A stretch of DNA of 64,000 nt from Podarcis muralis (Eukaryota), in NCBI RefSeq assembly GCF_964188315.1, contig NC_135661.1, positions 81,716,001 to 81,780,000 on the forward strand. Direction: 5' to 3'. The notes under the pieces are model-generated. The model searched no databases and had not been told where the DNA came from. It saw only the letters and a program-made list of their open reading frames with translations. Position numbers and translations under genes: made by a program. Within the stretch, counting starts at the first letter, position 1. Each line of letters opens with the position of its first letter. Of this stretch, positions 60,424-64,000 are shown in pieces.

Positions 60424-61544
60424 TGTGGGACTTCCTGGGTTCCTCCGGCCGCTCCTGCTTCCAACTCAGCCGCCAGTGACCCCCAGGTCACTCGCTGTTC
60501 TTGGCTGGACCCTTCACCCCAATGAGACAGGAGGCTGGGTGGGACAACTCTGCTTTCTTGCCCAGAGAGGAGTGTAAAAGCTGCGGTTCTGCAAAGACGA
60601 ATGGGGAAGGAAGGAAGGAAGGAAGGCTGCTGCTGGGGAGGAACTACACAGCAAATGAGGCAGCTTCAGGAGAGGAGAGGTTTTCTCACATTAGAGGAAG
60701 GGAAAGTGTCAATCAGATCCGGTGTGGGGTAATGTTTTCGGGCAGAGGGGTGCATTGCCTCACGGACAAGCTTCTGGGACACACACGTCAGTGGGGATGG
60801 GGGGTGGGGTGGTGGATGCAGTGAGAGGCTACATTCCAGCAACACAAGGGTAGCTTTCTTTCTTTCGCAGCTTGATTGTACTAAATGGCTCAGAGGTTTC
60901 CTTACAATCTCAAGGACCGCCAAACCCCTTATATCCCTGCTCAAGCATGGAGATATCCAAGGGAGTCTCTGTCTGTGGTCCACCAAAGCTCGCAACTGTA
61001 GGGCCATAAGAACCTGCCCCCCCCCTGCAAACGGCCTTTCTGAGAAAGGAGAGGTCCGTCAGGTGAACAAGGCTGGCATTGACGGAACAGGCTCAAATGT
61101 TTATTATTCAAGGTTGTAAAGAGATAAGCAGAGTCAGGAATGCACACTGCCGTGGCGTGGTGGGGCTGGTGGGGCCATTGCAGGAAGGAGGGGGCGGGGC
61201 AAGCCTATGTAAGGACATAGGAAGTTGCTATAACTTTCGATTTCCCAGATATCAGGTGGTTTTACAAGAAATCAGGTGGTATTGTATTCTGCAAATGTAT
61301 AAAAAGTGGGCGCACCCTGCAGATTGTGCAGATTGCGAGCTTATCGCGCTGTGCCTTTGTCCTGCATATGCATTTCAAATAAATCCTGTTGAATCCTGCA
61401 AGGTTGGTGAATCTGTGCTCCGGGGACCCAATAGCAGATATGGAAAATGTCCAACACAACTACTAGAAGCCATACCTTTGGTGACCTAGGCCCGAGCCTG
61501 TGGAACTCCCTCCCACATGAGAGCAGACAGACATTATTTTTACA

Positions 61545-61790
61545 GGTGACCAGGCAGAGGACCTTCTTGGTAGCGGCACCCGCCCCGTAGAATGCCCTCT
61601 CATCAGGTGTCAAGGAAATAAACAACTATCTGACTTTTAGAAGATATCTGAAGGCAGCCCTGTTTAGGGAAGTTTTTAATGTTTGATGTTTTATCATGTT
61701 TTTAATATTCTGTTGGGAGCCACCCAGAGTGGCAGGGGAAACCCAGCCAGATGGGCGAGGTATAAATATTATTATTATTTATTATTATCA
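61545..61790 (+). mobile_element. L2 3' fragment
   Basis: CAGGCAGAGGACCTTCTTGGTAGCGGCACC...CCAGCCAGATGGGCGAGG. Confidence 0.8.
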
Positions 61791-62329
61791 CTCAACTGCA
61801 GGTGTATGACAAAGACTTTCTCATTCCAGCAGTAGTGTTCAGGGGTGTAGTGTGTGTGCATATAGTGTGAAAATATCATGGAAACATGGATTTTATTGGG
61901 GGGGGGGATACTTGAAAATGTGAACATTTGTCAAAACTATTTGGAAAAATGTGTATATCACATTAAATTTATTATATTTACATATATATAATGCAGGCGA
62001 ATTTTCATGAGGAATTTCCCTTTTCTTTCTTCCCCCCTCAGCATTAATCCTTTAGTCACACAAGATGCAATTCCAAGGATTTCTGCCTGGCCCTTCCAGG
62101 AGGAGTTTCCTTTGTGTCTCTGTCTCAGTATCCGCAAGTCTTTCCCAGCGTGAGAGTCCCTTGGGGACCAAGGCTGCTTCCTTTGTTCAGAACAAGGACT
62201 AGGATTTCCAGAAGGACCTGCCCTGCATTTACTCAGCACCATCTGAAAGGAAGAGATCGGATCAGGGAAGAGGCTTGAGGGCCCAGGAGAGGCCTCAGCA
62301 GCGGAGAGGAACTTGCTGGGTCCATGTCT

Positions 62330-62377
62330 TTATCTCTTTATCTCTTCGTAGACGGAAGGGCTTCTGGGCTGCAAGGT
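62330..62377 (-). CDS. Gene Z terminal exon, ITAM second half (TLQPRSPSVYEEIKR*)
   Basis: ctctttag|ACC, 48 nt to TAA; paralog of the A and B last exons. Confidence 0.85.
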   Translation of the reverse strand, partial: TLQPRSPSVYEEIKR

Positions 62378-62483
62378 CTAAAGAGAAAATGGAGATGGTC
62401 AGGTGGAAGCCACAGAGTCAAATCCATCTTTGCTTTCATTTGTTTTCCTGGCCAGCGTAAGAATACATTTATATTCTTGGAAT

Positions 62484-62829
62484 GGGACGCGGGTGGCGCT
62501 GTGGGTTAAACCACAGAGCCTAGGACTTGCCAATCAGAAGGTCGGAAGTTCGAATCCCCGTGACGGGGTGAGCTCCCGTTGCTCGGTCCCTGCTCCTGGC
62601 AACCTAGCAGTTCGAAAGCATGTCAAAGTGCAAGTAGATAAATAGATACCACTCCGGCGGGAAGGTAAACGGCGTTTCCGTGCACTGCTCTGGTTGCAAG
62701 AAGCGGCTTAGTCATGCTGGCCACATGACCCGGAAGCTGTATGCAGGCTCCCTCGGCCAATATGAGGGAGATGAGTGCCGCAACCCCAGAGTCGGCCGCG
62801 ACTGGACTTAATGGTCAGGGGTCCCTTTT
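62484..62829 (+). mobile_element. Sauria SINE in the gene Z last intron
   Basis: TSD TATTCTTGGAA; the homologous site in gene B (~37380) is empty. Confidence 0.92.
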
Positions 62830-63384
62830 TATTCTTGGAAGCAGCACAACTTGTAAGAAGAGAAGGAAATCAGAGCAAGTATCTTGAAGGCTTAAGGTCT
62901 ATACTTTCAGGGAACTTGGGCGTCCTCTGCCTGGAATTTGGATAATTAGGAATACAGGGCATGCCACTGTGAATTTAACGCGAAGGAAGGATTTCAGGTC
63001 CAGTTCCCGAAGGGCTTCTTTTGCAGTGTGAGCAGAGAAAAGCTTCATTTGCTGAAACACCCATTTCCACCTGACTCTACAACCCTTCAGGAGACTTGCA
63101 CACCTTTGCATCTGGCCATCTAGGTGTATACATTTCTGTTCTGGAGGGAGAAATCCCTGCTTGAAATCTGGGAGAGCAGCTACCATTCAATGTAGGCTTT
63201 ACTCGGCTTGAGAGATTAAAGGGGTGACTTGGTATTCGGCCACTTTCTGTGTTCTGTTGGGTAGGTACATGAGGAAGACAATTGCCCATCAGGCCCTAAA
63301 ATGTACGAGGCCATCTTAAGGCCAGCTTTCTGAGTTGTGTCTGTAACCCTGGGTGTGAGAGCCGCTGGTCGGCTCTTGTTAATA

Positions 63385-63869
63385 CAGTGGTACCTTGGTT
63401 CTCAAACCAAAGTCTGTTCCCAAACCAAAGCGTTCCAAAACAAAGGCACGCTTTCCCATAGTAAGTAATGCAAAATGGATTAAGACATTCCAGACTTTAC
63501 AAACAACCCCATTAAACAACAATTTAACATGAATTTTACTATCTAACGAGACCATTGATCCATAAAATGAAAGCAATGAACAATGCACTACAGTCACATA
63601 ATCAGTAGCTGAACTGTGTTCCACAGTCACCAAAACAAAACAAAAGAGCCGCAAAATTAAAAACGCAAAATAAATAGTAAAAACAGACAGACCTCAGCAT
63701 AACACTCAAAACGGAAGTGTGGCACTCAAATCAGAAGTGTAACACTCAAAACGGAGCATATTTGGCTTCCGAAAAACATTCGTAAACCAGAACACTTACT
63801 TCTGGGTTTGCAGTGTTTGGGTTCCAACTTGCTTGAGTACCAAGGCGTTTGAGAACCAAGGCACCACTG
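63385..63869. mobile_element. Tc1/mariner-type non-autonomous element
   Basis: TA|CAGTGGTACCTTGGTTCTCAAAC...GTTTGAGAACCAAGGCACCACTG|TA. Confidence 0.88.
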
Positions 63870-63927
63870 TAACAGATATTTTGTCATATTTGGCATTTCC
63901 AAACATTCTGAAGCACAAAGGACTCAC

Positions 63928-63969
63928 CTCATATGTGTTGGCAGCGCTGGAGGAATTTTCAGGATGAAC
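63928..63969 (-). CDS. Gene Z 42-nt exon (VHPENSSSAANTYE)
   Basis: acccag|GTT...GAG|gtgagt; the rest of the gene lies beyond the window. Confidence 0.85.
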
Positions 63970-64000
63970 CTGGGTCAACGACAAAAATATGTTGAAGGTA

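Overview
Eukaryotic, TE-rich squamate (lizard; probably lacertid, inferred from Sauria SINE/Bov-B/L2/CR1 content) genomic window with two assembly gaps (86-285, 55815-55951). Hand-splicing of the minus strand reveals a tandem cluster of six CEACAM-like immunoglobulin-superfamily receptor genes, all right-to-left, with canonical GT-AG sites and consistent exon phases. Gene Z (3' end only; ITAM). Gene A (60423-52559; leader-IgV-TM-tail with YENV + ITAM; CEACAM3-like architecture; 234 aa). Gene B (48788-37226; leader-IgV-IgC2-TM-YEND + ITAM; 322 aa). Gene C (31587-25210; destroyed IgV exon, but intact leader, 120-nt stalk exon, TM, YENI and ITAM exons; potential 168-aa Ig-less ITAM adaptor). Gene D (18513-10404; leader with ATA in place of ATG, IgV, TM, CEACAM1-like ITIM tail, duplicated small-exon cassette). 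Gene E (9179-<1339; IgV, TM with an Arg, Tyr-less first tail exon). Together they look like a paired activating/inhibitory receptor locus under birth-and-death evolution. Most of the remainder is SINEs, LINE fragments, solo LTRs, MITEs and microsatellites. Gene letters are my own labels; all protein sequences are manual translations, with no database searches run.
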